From assembly GCF_035594765.1 (NCBI RefSeq), contig NC_085843.1:19173955-19237954 (forward strand): DNA of 64,000 bases, given 5' to 3'. Shown here piece by piece: positions 38,183-49,963 of this stretch; the stretch's first letter is position 1, and the number at the start of each line of letters is the position of its first letter. Source of the DNA: Anolis carolinensis (taxonomy: Eukaryota). The notes under the pieces were generated by a model that was given only the letters and a program-made list of their open reading frames with translations, was not told the origin of the DNA and did no database searches. Position numbers and translations under genes: made by a program.

Positions 38183-38472
38183 AGAATAATACAGTTGGAA
38201 GAGACCACATAGGTCATCCAGTCCAACCCCCTGCCATGCAGGAAAAGCACAATCAAAGCACCCCCGACAGATGGCTATTCAGTCTGGTTAAATGACTCCA
38301 AAGGAAGAGTCTCCACTACACTGCGAGGCAGAGAGTTCCACTGCTGAACAGCTCTTACAGTTAGGAAGTTCTTCCTATTGTTCAGGTGGAATCTCCTTTC
38401 CTGTAATCTGAACCCATTGCTCTAAATCCAAATTACAGGAAAGGAGATTCCACCTAAACATTAGGAAGAACT
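38183..38472 (-). mobile_element. CR1 3' fragment with inverted duplication at its 5' junction
   Basis: Homologous to 22583-22854. Confidence 0.8.
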
Positions 38473-38977
38473 AATTTGAAGTAATTTATTGAATCCAAAA
38501 TTACAGAACACTGAGATTCTGCATTGCTGCACATCACAGAAGAGCCACAAGATGGCGATATTAGCAACCCCATCCACAGTATCTTGATAACACAATCAAA
38601 GCTATCCATTCCTGATTGCGGAGGTCCAATTTTACACAGTACAGAAATAGATTATTCTGTCTTGTACAGCTCTATCCTACGCATGCTTCTTTGGAAGAAA
38701 GCCTTGCTAAGTTCAAAAAGGGATATGTGACTCATTTCCATTTCTTTGACTTTCCAGAAAGTGGCAGCTCTATGATGTAGGTTTACAACTTATGTATTAT
38801 TATTATTATTATTAACACAAAGGCATAGTATGACACAGCAAAAGAGATATATATGCTGGATTTTGAATTACAAAATCACAAATCGAACCCTTCCCAAGTG
38901 TTTAGGACTGTGTGATGTATTTTCAGATGATGCGTGCAGATCCCAGTAAGTTGGCCTTTTGCAGTTGACATATTTTG

Positions 38978-39495
38978 TCAAGGGACAGGGCCATCTCAGT
39001 GGTGGCCCCTCAGCTGTGGAACTACCTTCCCAGCTATATTAGATCAGCTTCTTCCCTCCTGCTTTTAGAAAGTAAGTTTAAACTTGGCTATGGAACCAAG
39101 CGTTTGTGGAGTAGCTACAATGCAATATGCAGCCACAGAACTATAACTGTAATGGCTTCAGACAACGATTTTTGGGACTATGAGCTGTTTTTTAACAGCT
39201 TATTTAAATGTATTTATATGTTTGAAGAATAAATTATTATGGATTTTGGCATAATCTGAATTAAGGATTATGAGCAAGGATTATGGACGAATGGAAGTTT
39301 GCAAGTTTTATGTTCTTAAGTTGTTTGCTATACATGTTTTTAATTGCATAACTGTTTTAATTGATGAAATGTGTTTTATTATTATGTTTTATATGACACT
39401 AAATTTTGCCATAGTTGTAAGCTGCCTTGAGTCCCCCATGGGGTGAGAAAGGCGGTGTATAAATGAAGTAAACAAACAAACAAATAAATAATAAA
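38978..39495 (+). mobile_element. L2-like LINE 3' end
   Basis: RDRAISVVAPQLWNYLPSYIRSASSL and a GCCTTGAGTCCCC...GAGAAAGGCGG tail. Confidence 0.7.
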
Positions 39496-39919
39496 TTCAT
39501 TTTTATGATTTTAATGTCTAATGTAATTTTATAGAGAGTGAAAGAAGACCTTAAGATCATTACAGGGAGGGGCTAGTAGGGTGCATCTAGATGCTGTTTT
39601 TATGTTTTAATGTCTTAATGTTAATGGTTTTAAATTGTATTTATATGTTGATTGTTTCTATTGATTTTATGTTATGCTTTATTTGCTTTGTATAATGAGG
39701 CATTGAATTTTTGCCTAAATGTATGTTGTACGCCGCCCTGAGTCCCCTGCGGGGGGAGAAGAGCGGGATAGAAATGAAGTTAATAATAATAATAATAATT
39801 TTAGATGTTTATGTCTACTGTGGCACTTTTTTGTGTCAGGAGCAACTTGAGAAACTGCAAGTCACTTCTGGTGTGACAGAATTGGCCTTCTGCAAGAATG
39901 TTACCCAGGGGACGCCTGT

Positions 39920-40090
39920 AACCCTATACCCTTTTCGGCCTTGCGGCTGATCAGGAGGACCTATGTCTTGTCTGGATTCAACTTCAATTTGTTCGCCCTC
40001 ATCCAGATTCTCACAATGGCTAGGCATCGGTTCACAACCTGGACAGCTTTCTTAGCATCCGGTGGAAAAGGATAATGGAGTTGAATCTCA
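39920..40090 (-). mobile_element. L2 RT fragment
   Basis: Minus strand WMRANKLKLNPDKT-VLLIS. Confidence 0.7.
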
Positions 40091-40270
40091 TAATAATAAT
40101 TTTATTTCTTACCCGCCTCTCCTTGAGGCGGGTTACAAAACAAAAAGGCTGATCTCTCTCCTTTTTTGCCATGTTGTTCACACCAGCGATGGATGCAGTA
40201 TTAAAAACAAAAGATTTGACAATGAAATTTGTACCTACCTGATTTTACCAAGTCTAAAATGGGTGAGACA

Positions 40271-40578
40271 TAGTAGAGTCTCACTTATCCAAAGTTCTGG
40301 ATTATCCAACGCATTTTTGTAGTCAATGTTTTCAATGCATTGTGATATTTTGGTGCTAAATTTGTAAATACAGTAATTACTACATAGCATTAATGTGTAA
40401 TGAACTACTTTTTCTGTCAAATTTGTTGTATAACATGATGTTTTGGTGCATAACTTGTAAAATCATAACTTATTTTGATGTTCAATAGGCTTTTTCTTAA
40501 TCTCTCCTTATTATCCAACATATTTGCTTATCCAATGTTCTGCTGGCCCGTTTATGTTGGATAAGTGAGACTCTACTG
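40271..40578. mobile_element. pogo/Tigger-like MITE
   Basis: AGTAGAGTCTCACTTATCC TIRs; same family as 61286 and 62672. Confidence 0.85.
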
Positions 40579-40606
40579 TATATGAGAAGATTGTGTGAAA
40601 ACTTAC

Positions 40607-40608
40607 AT
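40607..40608 (-). CDS. MRE11: MRE11 exon 2, coding part (AT of a start codon split by intron 2); whole exon 40688-40607
   Basis: Acceptor ttgtttgtag, donor CCAT|GTAAGT. AT joined to the first G of exon 3 gives ATG GAT GAA, in frame with [11 protein letters not shown]. An in-frame TGA lies upstream within the exon. Confidence 0.75.
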
Positions 40609-40819
40609 GGAAATGGCAGGTCTAATTTCTACAGCTACACTCGACCGAGGGAGTGTTGCTGTTTCGTTGAGTGATCAAGGCGTTAAACCTACAAACAACA
40701 GCACAAGAAAAGTAGAAGTACAGTTAACATATACAATTTGTTTATGTATTGGATCAAAAGCTGACAGAAAGTGAATGAAAAACAACAGCACATGGGCCTG
40801 CCCTGAGGTAATTCTAGAG

Positions 40820-40953
40820 CAGGCCTGGGCCAACTTGGGCCCTCTGGGGGTTTTGGACTTCAACTCCCATAATTCCTAACAGCCTACTGGCTGTTAGGAA
40901 TTATGGGAGTTGAAGTCCAAAACCCCCAGAGGGCCCAAGTTGGCCCAGGCCTG
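40820..40953. mobile_element. hAT MITE forming a perfect palindrome
   Basis: 65-bp perfect arms, 4-nt loop TACT, TSD TTCTAGAG/CTCTAGAG. Confidence 0.92.
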
Positions 40954-41029
40954 CTCTAGAGTTATCAGTGGAAAAAGATTCAGTAAACAGAGCGAGAAAT
41001 CTTACAGATTATACAGGCAATGCTGTCTC

Positions 41030-41435
41030 TCCTTACTGCGCTGTGAGAAACGAAGCCACGCTCCCTTCACGCCCGGCCACGCCCCCTTCACGGACACGCC
41101 GTTCTCGCGATACTTCAGCCCCTGTCGACCAAACCTCCCCTCAACGCGAAAGCTTCCAAACCTATCGGGGAAGGAAAAAAAAAACTGCAGGCAAATCCCA
41201 CTGCGCATGCGTGTGGACGTCCCCGAAGGGAGGGGGAGCTTGAGGAGTAAGAGACAGACCGGAAACCTGTCTCCTCTATTGAAAGAAGTAAGTCCTGCTG
41301 GGGGCGAAAGGATCTCTTGGCCCCGCCCAGTCTCTTGTAAAGGGGCGGGGCCTTGTGAGTGCTCTCAGCTCACGGGGGGGGGGGCGACATCCGGGCCTTT
41401 TGGCCAGCAGGTGGGATGCGCGCGCATCTGAGGCG
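41030..41435. promoter_or_regulatory. Bidirectional CpG-island promoter shared by MRE11 (-) and ANKRD49 (+)
   Basis: CpG-rich island between head-to-head genes. TCTCGCGATA (BANP-type, 41103-41112), TGCGCATGCG (NRF1-type, 41202-41211), CCGGAA (ETS, 41259-41264), several GC boxes, plus-strand donor GTAAGT at 41288. Confidence 0.85.
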
Positions 41436-41560
41436 TGCTTAATGGAACCAGCAATCTATCTCTTCCGTGGAGAGGAGAGTTCTGTCACACTAAACGTAAT
41501 TATCTGTTTTGATCTATTACTTGCATATATATGTGAATGCTATTTAAGCATATCTGTATG

Positions 41561-42161
41561 GGTTGCCGCGAGTTTTCCGGGCTGCATGGCCATGCCCCAG
41601 AAGCATTCTCTCTTGACGTTTCGCCTGCCGTTATGGCAGGCATCCTCAGAGGTTGTGAGGTCTGTTGGAGTTTATATATCTGTCGAAGGTCCAGGGTGGG
41701 AGAAATAACTCTTGTCTGTTTGAGGCAAGTGTGAACGTTTCAATTGTCCACCTTGAGTAGCATTGAATAGCCTTGCAGCGTCAAGGTCTGGCTGCTTCCT
41801 GTCTGGGGGAATCCTTTGTTGGGAGATGTTAGCTGGCCCTGATTGATTCATGCCTGGGATTCCCATGTTTTTTGAGGGATTCTGAAGAATAGCCTTTCAG
41901 CTTCAATGTCTGGCTGCTTACTGTTTTCAGGCAGTAAGCAGCCAGACATTGAAGCTGAAAGGCTATTCAATGTCAATCACCCTGAACATTCCACAGATCT
42001 ATCAATCCTACTTGACAGGTTTCCAACATACCTAATTACCTCTGAAAATGCCTGCCATAGATGCAGACAAAACGTCAGGAGAGATTGCTTCTGGAACATG
42101 ACCATACAGCCTGGAAAACTCACAGCAACCCAGTGATTCCGGCCATGAAAGCGTTTGACAA
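41561..42161. mobile_element. Penelope-like element, inverted pLTR pair
   Basis: TSD CATATCTGTATG/CATATCTATATG; hammerhead-type motifs at about 41613-41652 (-) and 42039-42079 (+, degenerate). Confidence 0.85.
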
Positions 42162-42528
42162 CATATCTATATGATTTTTATATATTGAATGAATATATCT
42201 CCATGGCTATATATTATATAGGCATCATATGTAAGTAGTTTCAACCTGTTACTTACAGTACATGAAATTTATATGCACAATATATTCAGTATTATTTTAT
42301 ATTTGTAGCATGTTGATATATATATATAATATGCACAATATATATAATGTTATGACATATTTGCAATGTGTATGGTTTACAGTATATATTATGCCACAAG
42401 CATCTGTGTATAATTATTTTTGGTAATCGATTGATCTTCGAACGTGACGTGATGGAATTGTTTACAAACGATGAAGCACAAATGTGATTTTCTAAACAAG
42501 GAGAGGATTAAATTGCTTTTGGTTCCAG

Positions 42529-42594
42529 AATAAGGATTGACAATATTCCCAAACCTTTGGAAGAGATCTTGAAGCTGCTATTGTTTCTATTCAG
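42529..42594 (+). other. Candidate non-coding 5' UTR exon of ANKRD49
   Basis: ttttggttccag acceptor and CAG|GTAAGG donor in unique sequence; no transcript evidence. Confidence 0.35.
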
Positions 42595-43047
42595 GTAAGG
42601 CATTTTTATTATTATCATCATCATCATCATCATCGGAGTTGCAGTTTCTCAAGTCGCTCCTGACATGAAAAAAACTCATTTAATTCTACAGTGTAGATGC
42701 ACTCTTAGAGCCGGCTGAGTTCAATCAGAGTAATTCCTGCAAATTCTATTAAGCATTGGGTGTAAGTAACATTTACTACAAGGGTCAATCCTACAGCAAT
42801 TGACTCTTCTTTCTTAGTGTTGTCTACTTTGACTTATAGTGGCTCTCCAGGTTTTACGTATATTTTTCCTAGTTTTCCTGGAGATGGCAGAGGAGAACCT
42901 GAGATCTTATGCATTTAAAGCATGCCTCCAATCTCCTCCACGCCCAAGTCTGTATGTGCAGAATAAGTAATAAGATAAAATGGTGATTCTTACCAGATTG
43001 AATTTTCTAGCTGGGCACTGTCTGCACTGATTGGGAAAAGGCAAACT

Positions 43048-43270
43048 AGGGATGCATCTACACTGTAGAATGAATGCAGTCAGACACCACTTTAACTGCC
43101 ATGGCTCAATGCTGTGAAATAGTGGGAATTGAAGTTTTACAAGGTCTTTAGCATTCTCTGCTAAAAGGTGCTGATGCTTCCTCTAACTGCAACTCCCAGA
43201 TTTGCATAGCATTAAACCATGATCGTTCAAGTGGTATCAAACAGCATTCATTCTACAGAGTAGATGCACC
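43048..43270. mobile_element. Non-autonomous DNA transposon (GGGTGCATCTACACTGTAGAAT TIR family, probably PIF/Harbinger)
   Basis: Long imperfect TIRs; related copies at about 3470-3570, 3850-4045, 5311-5527, 33770-33880, 49557-49752 and 51745-51862. Confidence 0.7.
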
Positions 43271-45025
43271 TCAGTAACATAACCTTTTGCACGATCTTTA
43301 TGTACACTGTTGCAGAGCTACAGCTTTTCCTCAAAATATGTACAGGATCAAGTGGGGCGATGCAGAAGAATAATAGCCTTGTAGAAAATTCAGTGTCTAC
43401 TTTATCATTGGATATTTTGACAGAATACAGAAAATTCTCCAAGGTTTTTGGCAGGAGCCTTTCCCAGCCTGAAGCGGAGACATTGAGAACAGAATCTGAA
43501 GCTCTTTTCATGCAGAGCATGTTCTTTTCCAATTGGTTATGTAACAATACACCTGGAGCTATTATTCTTTTAGTGGTACTACATTTATTTTCACTGATAA
43601 TGAATGCTAGCTATGGTAAGATTCCACTAGTTGGTAACAGGGAACATATAAAACCCCTTGTTGCAGTAGCTTCACTGTCTATTAATTCATTGCTGATTCA
43701 GAATGCTCTTTATGACCTGTAAAATGCAATATGGCTTGGGTACAGACTGAAACGTGTTTTTCCCTGTATGAGGGAAATACTTCCCTGCCTGAATTCTGAG
43801 ATCTTTGGGAAAGGACTTATCATATATGTGAAGCTTCTCAGTGGCTGCTTGCAGGTTCTGGATTTTTCTTCCACAAGAGTCTAGGCTATCCCCCTTTTTT
43901 CTTTCTACAAGCAAGTAAAGACATCTTTCCTTTAACAGGCCTTTTTATTATTATTTAAGTGCTTTGTTATTTGTTTGTTGTGTTGGGTTTTTAAAACTTT
44001 TTCTTCTTACTCGTTTTCGGTTACACTTTGTGATAAGTCAAGGTTCATTTTCAGGAGGGCAGCTATCCCTGGTTGCTGCCAACAATTCCCTGTTCAGGCA
44101 TTTGAAAAGGTCAGACTAGAAGGGGGTTGGTGTATATTTTAGATTTTCTGGGCATGGACTAAGCTCTTGCCTTTCGCCATTGTATTCAGAGAAGGGGATG
44201 GTTCTTTTTTCTGACAAGAGTTATGGTACCGTACTCAGTACCTGGTTCTTAACCTGTGGGTCCCCAGGTGTTTTGGCCTACAACTCACAAAAATCCCAGA
44301 CAGTTTACCAGCTGTTCGGAGCTGTGGGAGTTGAAGGCTGCACTAGAGAAACTAGAGAGGTCCTTAAACACTTCTGGAATGTAGAATAATGTTGGAGTGT
44401 GGCTAAGTGAATCCAAGAATATCCAGTTCATGAATAAGGGGTCCCACTGTACAAATAGATCTCAATCTCTGAAGATGCCAGCCACAGATGCAGGCAAAAC
44501 ATCAGGAGAAAATGCTGCTAAAACAGCCTGGGAACCACACAACACTCCAGTGAGTCCCACCATGAAAGCCTTCAACAATGCAGATCTCAATCTGTTTTCT
44601 GCCCACCTGTTACAGTATTAATTCCAAATTGTGCTGTTGCTGTTGGGTATGGTTGCTTTCTTTTTATTGGTTTTTGCCCCCCACCTCTCCTGTTGTATTC
44701 CTACTTTTCAATCTTGCCCATCTTTCCAAAGCGTTTAGGCCAGCAAAGAAATCTCCCACCCAACCCAGCATCCATTTGATTTCCATGTGGCAATTCATGA
44801 CCTTCCATATGTTGTTAGATCACACTTTCCATCAGTCTTAACCATCACTATGTTTGGAGTTGTTGGGAATTGCAATCCAGCAGCATATGCTGCTGCGAGA
44901 TACCTGCCTATATAATGCACTAATAGGTTTGAACCACAGGCTTCTTTTAAAGGGTTTTCTTTCCTCTGACACTGAGAGATGTAACTGGCCTGAAGTCATC
45001 CAGGAGCCGTTCCATGGCGAACCTA

Positions 45026-45165
45026 AGGGCCTTTCCACACAGACATATAACCCAGAATATCAAATCAGATAATCGATAATATCTGCTTTGAACTGGATTA
45101 TCTGAGTCCACACTGCCATATAATCCAGTGCAATGTGGATTTTATACAGCTGCGTGGAAGGGGCC
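45026..45165. mobile_element. Harbinger-like MITE
   Basis: GGGCCTTTCCACACAG ... CTGCGTGGAAGGGGCC termini with TAA/TTA flanks. Confidence 0.65.
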
Positions 45166-45584
45166 TTAGTCTCCAGAGTCATAATCCAATGCTCAAACCA
45201 CTAACCTATGCTGCTATCTTTAACACGTGAGAATTAAAAAGGTGAAATTTGTCTTCACTCTTCCTCCATAGAAATAAAAATGTTGTCAAAAATACTCTTA
45301 TACAATACCTGTTCATTTCCTTTGTCCTGTTGTAGGAGGTGTAAGGCTGTTGTGAGAGCCAAAGCAGCCTTTCTCTTCTTTTGACCCAGTTGGGTATTAA
45401 CCTGTTTCCACATTTTCTCTCCAAAGGTTCTCATGATGTTGCTGCTGTCTGTGCACTTCTTCATTAGCTGCTATTAGTTGTTGTGTGTGTGTTGGAAATC
45501 CACTAGAGAAAAGAGATTGAGATGAGCCTGAGAAAGTGGAAATAATATTGCTGTATTAGGCATTTGGGTACTTAAGTCTGCAAA

Positions 45585-45845
45585 ATGAATGAAGGTGGCA
45601 GATCCACTGACAAGAACACAGAGGAGGAAGCAAAAGATTTTAAAGACTTTCCTGAGAGCTTTAACCAGCTGGAATTGTTGGAAACCCACAGGCATCTAAT
45701 CCCTACAGGAACACAAAGTCTGTGGTCGGGAGATTCCGACGAGGAAGACCAGGAAGAAAAAACAGAGGAATGGTACCAAGCACAAGAGAAAAAACTGGAA
45801 AGCAATCCAGATAAGCTTCTTCTTTGGGCAGCTGAAAAAAATAGG
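45585..45845 (+). CDS. ANKRD49: ANKRD49 first coding exon
   Basis: FNQLELLETHRHLIPTGTQSLW...LLLWAAEKNR is characteristic of ANKRD49; donor AGG|GTAAGA; synteny with MRE11. Confidence 0.95.
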
Positions 45846-46102
45846 GTAAGATGTTGATAACTGGGACTGTGGGTTCTATGCTAAAACAACATATATGTGT
45901 GATATAGTGTAGAGCAGTAATGGAGAATCTTTACACCTCCAGGTATTTTTGACTACAACTCAGAGTCCCTTACCATGGTCTATATAGGTGAGGATTTCTG
46001 GGATCTGGACTCCCAAAGATCTGGAGGGCCAAAAGTTCCATACGTTGTGCCCATAAAAATGTAAATTTGAAGCAGAGTTAATGATGAGCCAGTAGATTTA
46101 TT

Positions 46103-46360
46103 AGGAGCCCCCAGTGGGGCAATGGGTTAAACTCTCATGCCGGCAGGACCACTGACCGAAGGGTCGGGTTCGAATCCAGAGACCGGGCTGAGCTCCCGTC
46201 TGTCAGCTCCAGCTTCTCATGCAGGGACATGAGAAAAATTCCTCTCACAGGATGGTAAATATCCGGGCATCCCCTGGGCAACGTCCTTGCAGATGGCCAA
46301 TTCACTCGCACCAGAAGTGACTTGCAGTTTCTCAAGTCGCTCCTGACATGAGAGAAAAAA
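46103..46360 (+). mobile_element. tRNA-headed SINE
   Basis: GTTCGAATCC B box, A-rich tail, TSD AGTAGATTT. Confidence 0.85.
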
Positions 46361-46831
46361 AGTAGATTTGCTTTGGCCAACTCCAATATAACCAGAACAC
46401 CGCTATAGGTGAGTGTTGTGCACAGAAGCCAAGATTTTAAAAAATGTCATTGGCTTTGTGTCTTATGGCCACCACAATAAACATATTTGGTGAAACAGGT
46501 TGTTTTGTCCTTGCCATAGTTATTGCACAAGGGAAACCCAGAGTGGTGTAATGTTCAATGTTAGGACTGCAGAAGATCAGCTTTTATACCTCTACTTACT
46601 GCTGAAAGTTGCTGGTGAACTTAAGCCAGTTGCTGCATCTCTCAGTTTAGTTCAGTCTACTTTGCTGTATCATTCTAAGGATAAAAAGGAGCTTGCTGTG
46701 TGTATTGCCTTGAAGGAAATGTGTGATAAAAATATAGTAACTATTCCTCCGTATTTGCTGTTATTAAGGGCACAGAGCTCCCTTGCAAGAGAAGAACCGT
46801 GAATAAAGAAATTACACATTATTACATATAA

Positions 46832-48132
46832 TTTTATTAGTTAAAAAACCACAAAGTTATATTTTTACAGTATAAAAAGTTGGGATATATTGGGTAATGA
46901 AGGGAGATCAGGTGGGGATACTACTCCGCAAAGAAGAGGGAGAAAGAAAGAAAAAAAAACCCACACACACATACACAATCACGAACTGAATGGAAAGTTG
47001 GGGAAGGAAAAGAGGATAATGAAAAAGAAAAAGAAGTTGACTTCCAATCGGCTCCACAGTGGTTTACATTATCCTTTCTTGAGTCCTCGTAGTTCTGCTA
47101 ACCTTTCTTCATCCTCTTGCATTGGCAACAAATTTACTCTTAGTCCTCATTTTGGTTCTATTATGTTCATATGTTCTTGTATGTATTAATGGAGACCAGT
47201 CCATTGCTTTTTGTTTCCACGTGGGTGATGAGATACTAATTGAGTTAGTTTAGCCATATTCATTATATCCATTATTTTTGAAATCCAGTGTTCTATTGAG
47301 GGAATTTCTTTTGCTCTCCATTTTTGTGTGTATATGATTCTAGCTGCTGTCACTAAGTAGTTAAATAGCTTGTCCTTGTTTTGGTCTATATTCATGTCTA
47401 TGATTCCCAGCAAAAAATATTCTGGTTGCATGATCTTCACATTTCCAACACTTGTCTTGAACTTTTGAATAGCATTTTGCTAATTTCTGTGGAGTTATGT
47501 ACTATTGGTGCATCATTTTGTACCAGTTTCTTTCAAATCATGAATACAGGTATGTGTAGTTTAGTTTTTTATTCCATATTTTCCCCATTCTTCCAATATT
47601 TGTGGTCCATTTGATCATGTAGTCCTTAACTTGTTCTGTTTCTGTTGACCATTCTAATAATTTTTGGTAGAGTTTTTTATTAATTTATTTTCCATCATCA
47701 TTATTCTATCCCAGAAAGTATCCTTCTCCATGAATCCTGCCTTCTTATCTTTATTGTAGCTTTCCATATTGGAACCATGAGATGTACTTATCTCTTTGAT
47801 TAATTTCCTCTGAGTTTTTAATGTACTATTTCCATTCTGTTTCTTCCTAATTTCTCTATATATGAGGCAATTTTCCTGTTCCAATTCTCTTCTATGTCCA
47901 GGTTCTAATAGAGAAATCCATAGTGGAGTCTTTGTATATAGTCTGCTTTTATACCTTTCCTATATTTTTTATCAGCACTAATCTGATGAAATGATTGCCA
48001 AATTTTTTCTCAACTTTCCTTTTTCCGTACCATAGATAGGCATGCCAACCGGCTCTTAGATCGAACTCTTCTAATGTTAGCATTCTTGTATTCTTTAAGG
48101 CTGACCAATCTTTAATCCAACTCAAACTGCAG
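46832..48132 (-). mobile_element. 5'-truncated, decayed L1-clade LINE in the ANKRD49 intron
   Basis: LFNYLVTAARIIYTQKWRAKEIPSIEHW, a typical L1 ORF2 C-terminus; many frameshifts upstream. Confidence 0.8.
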
Positions 48133-48651
48133 TTTTATGACCTGAAAGAATAGCTCTCTGGATATTTCTAGATCTCCCAGCACAAGTCTGTGGTCAGCTG
48201 GAAGCTGAACATTGAATTGTATTGGAGGACCTAGAAAGTTGAGCATAGAATGGGATTTAAAGGCTATTTTAATTGTATTTATTTATATTTTATTCCTTTT
48301 TTACCACACTGTACTATTCAATTGTTTTTTAACTTTTGTATTGTGCTTTTTAAATTTAACTAAAGTGTGAGATTGTTAACTGCCTTGAGTCCTCACAGTG
48401 AGAAAGGCAAGGTATAAATAATAATAATAATAATCACACTGGAGAACTTCGAACTTTTAAAAAATCAAATCCAAGAATTATCAAATCCACAAATGTATTG
48501 GACGGTTGTAATGAAACTCCTTAAACTAGCTGAGAGAAACAATATAAAAAGTGAGCTTTATATGCAAGGAAGGTTTAGGCTAGATCATTTATAGGAAAAC
48601 TCAGTTCTATACTTGACCTACAACAATGTGTTGCCTCTCCACTCCCAACAG

Positions 48652-49113
48652 CTTAACACTGTACAAAGAATCCTATCTCAGAATCTTGCTCCAGTCAACA
48701 TCCAAGATGAAGATCAGTACACCCCGCTCCACCGCGCTGCCTATAACGGACACTTGGAAATTGTCCGTGAGCTGATTGCCCATGGCGCTGATGTTCATGC
48801 ATTGACAGTGGACAGTTGGACCCCTCTGCATAGTGCCTGTAAGTGGAACAACACCAAGATCGCATCGTTCTTGCTTCAGCATGGTGCGGATATTAATGCC
48901 CAGACCCATGGTTTGTTGACCCCACTGCACCTTGCAGCAGGGAACAGGGAAAGCAAGGAAACTCTGGAACTCTTGCTCATGAATCGCTATTTGAAACCAC
49001 ATCTTAAAAACAACTTGGATGAAACAGCGTACGATATTGCTCGAAGGACTGATATCTATCACTACCTGTTTGAAATTGTTGAAAATTGCACAAATTCGGT
49101 ATCAGATTCTTAG
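48652..49113 (+). CDS. ANKRD49: ANKRD49 last coding exon (ankyrin repeats)
   Basis: Acceptor cccaacag; TPLHRAA, TPLHSAC and TPLHLAA ankyrin repeats; TAG stop; 240 aa in total. Confidence 0.96.
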   Translation, partial: LNTVQRILSQNLAPVNIQDEDQYTPLHRAAYNGHLEIVRELIAHGADVHALTVDSWTPLHSACKWNNTKIASFLLQHGADINAQTHGLLTPLHLAAGNRESKETLELLLMNRYLKPHLKNNLDETAYDIARRTDIYHYLFEIVENCTNSVSDS

Positions 49114-49809
49114 GGATTTTGTGAGCATTTGAATGTTGGAAACACTGCCTGCGCCTTTGTAAAAACACTTTGTAACTGTACTCAAATTTGGTGCTTTCAA
49201 CCCCCACCTCTTTGCCATAGCTTTATTCTGTGAGATGCTGAAATGGCATCTCATTTTGTTATAATGTCATTATTTTTATAATATATATATATATGCCATA
49301 CAACCCTTATACTTGTGAAACATTTCCATTTTTACTTGAAATTCTTTGGAGGAACCCACAGTACACTGGGGGTTTTTTTCTACTGACCAATTAACAGGAT
49401 GGGAATACTCCCATAAGCCATTTCTTTAAAGGGCATGGGATCACCCATCAGAAAAGAGGTGAAATTATTTCATACTGGTTACTGCTTCCTTTTTAAATTA
49501 TTGGAGAAGTAATGAGACCTAATTGATGACAGACAGGTTTGAGCAGTAGAGACTAAGGGTGCATCTACAGATTGACACTACTTTTAACTGCCATTGCTCA
49601 ATGCTACAGAATGCAGTTTGATAAAACACAAGCTCTCTTTGGCACAAAAGGCTAAAGAATTTGCAAAACTATAACTGTCAGGATTCCCTAACACAGAGCC
49701 ATGGCAGTTAAAGTGTTGTCAAACTGTGTTAATTCTACAGTGTAGATGGACCTTAACTCATAAAACAAAGTTTCGGGATAGTATCCATTCAACAAAGGAT
49801 AATGAGATG

Positions 49810-49963
49810 GGTTGCTGTGAGTTTTCTGGGCTGTGTGGCCATGTTTGAAAAGCATTCTCTCCTGACGTTTTGCCCAGGAGAGAATTCTTCTGGAACATGG
49901 CCATACAGCCTGGAAAACTTACAGCTACCCAGTGATTCCGGCCATGAAAGCCTTCGACAACAC
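49810..49963. mobile_element. Short Penelope-like inverted pLTR insertion
   Basis: TSD GATAATGAGATG/GATAATGACATG; about 55-bp inverted arms; 3' tail. Confidence 0.82.

Noticed and set aside
40239-40253. Possible 15-nt microexon (ttttag|ACTTGGTAAAATCAG|gtaggt, minus strand) that would destroy the split ATG
   Set aside because: The pyrimidine tract is short with a MITE immediately upstream, and there is no transcript or conservation evidence. Such motifs arise by chance.
40910-41431. 173-aa ORF over the promoter
   Set aside because: It starts inside a palindromic MITE and stays open because of high GC content; no recognisable homology.
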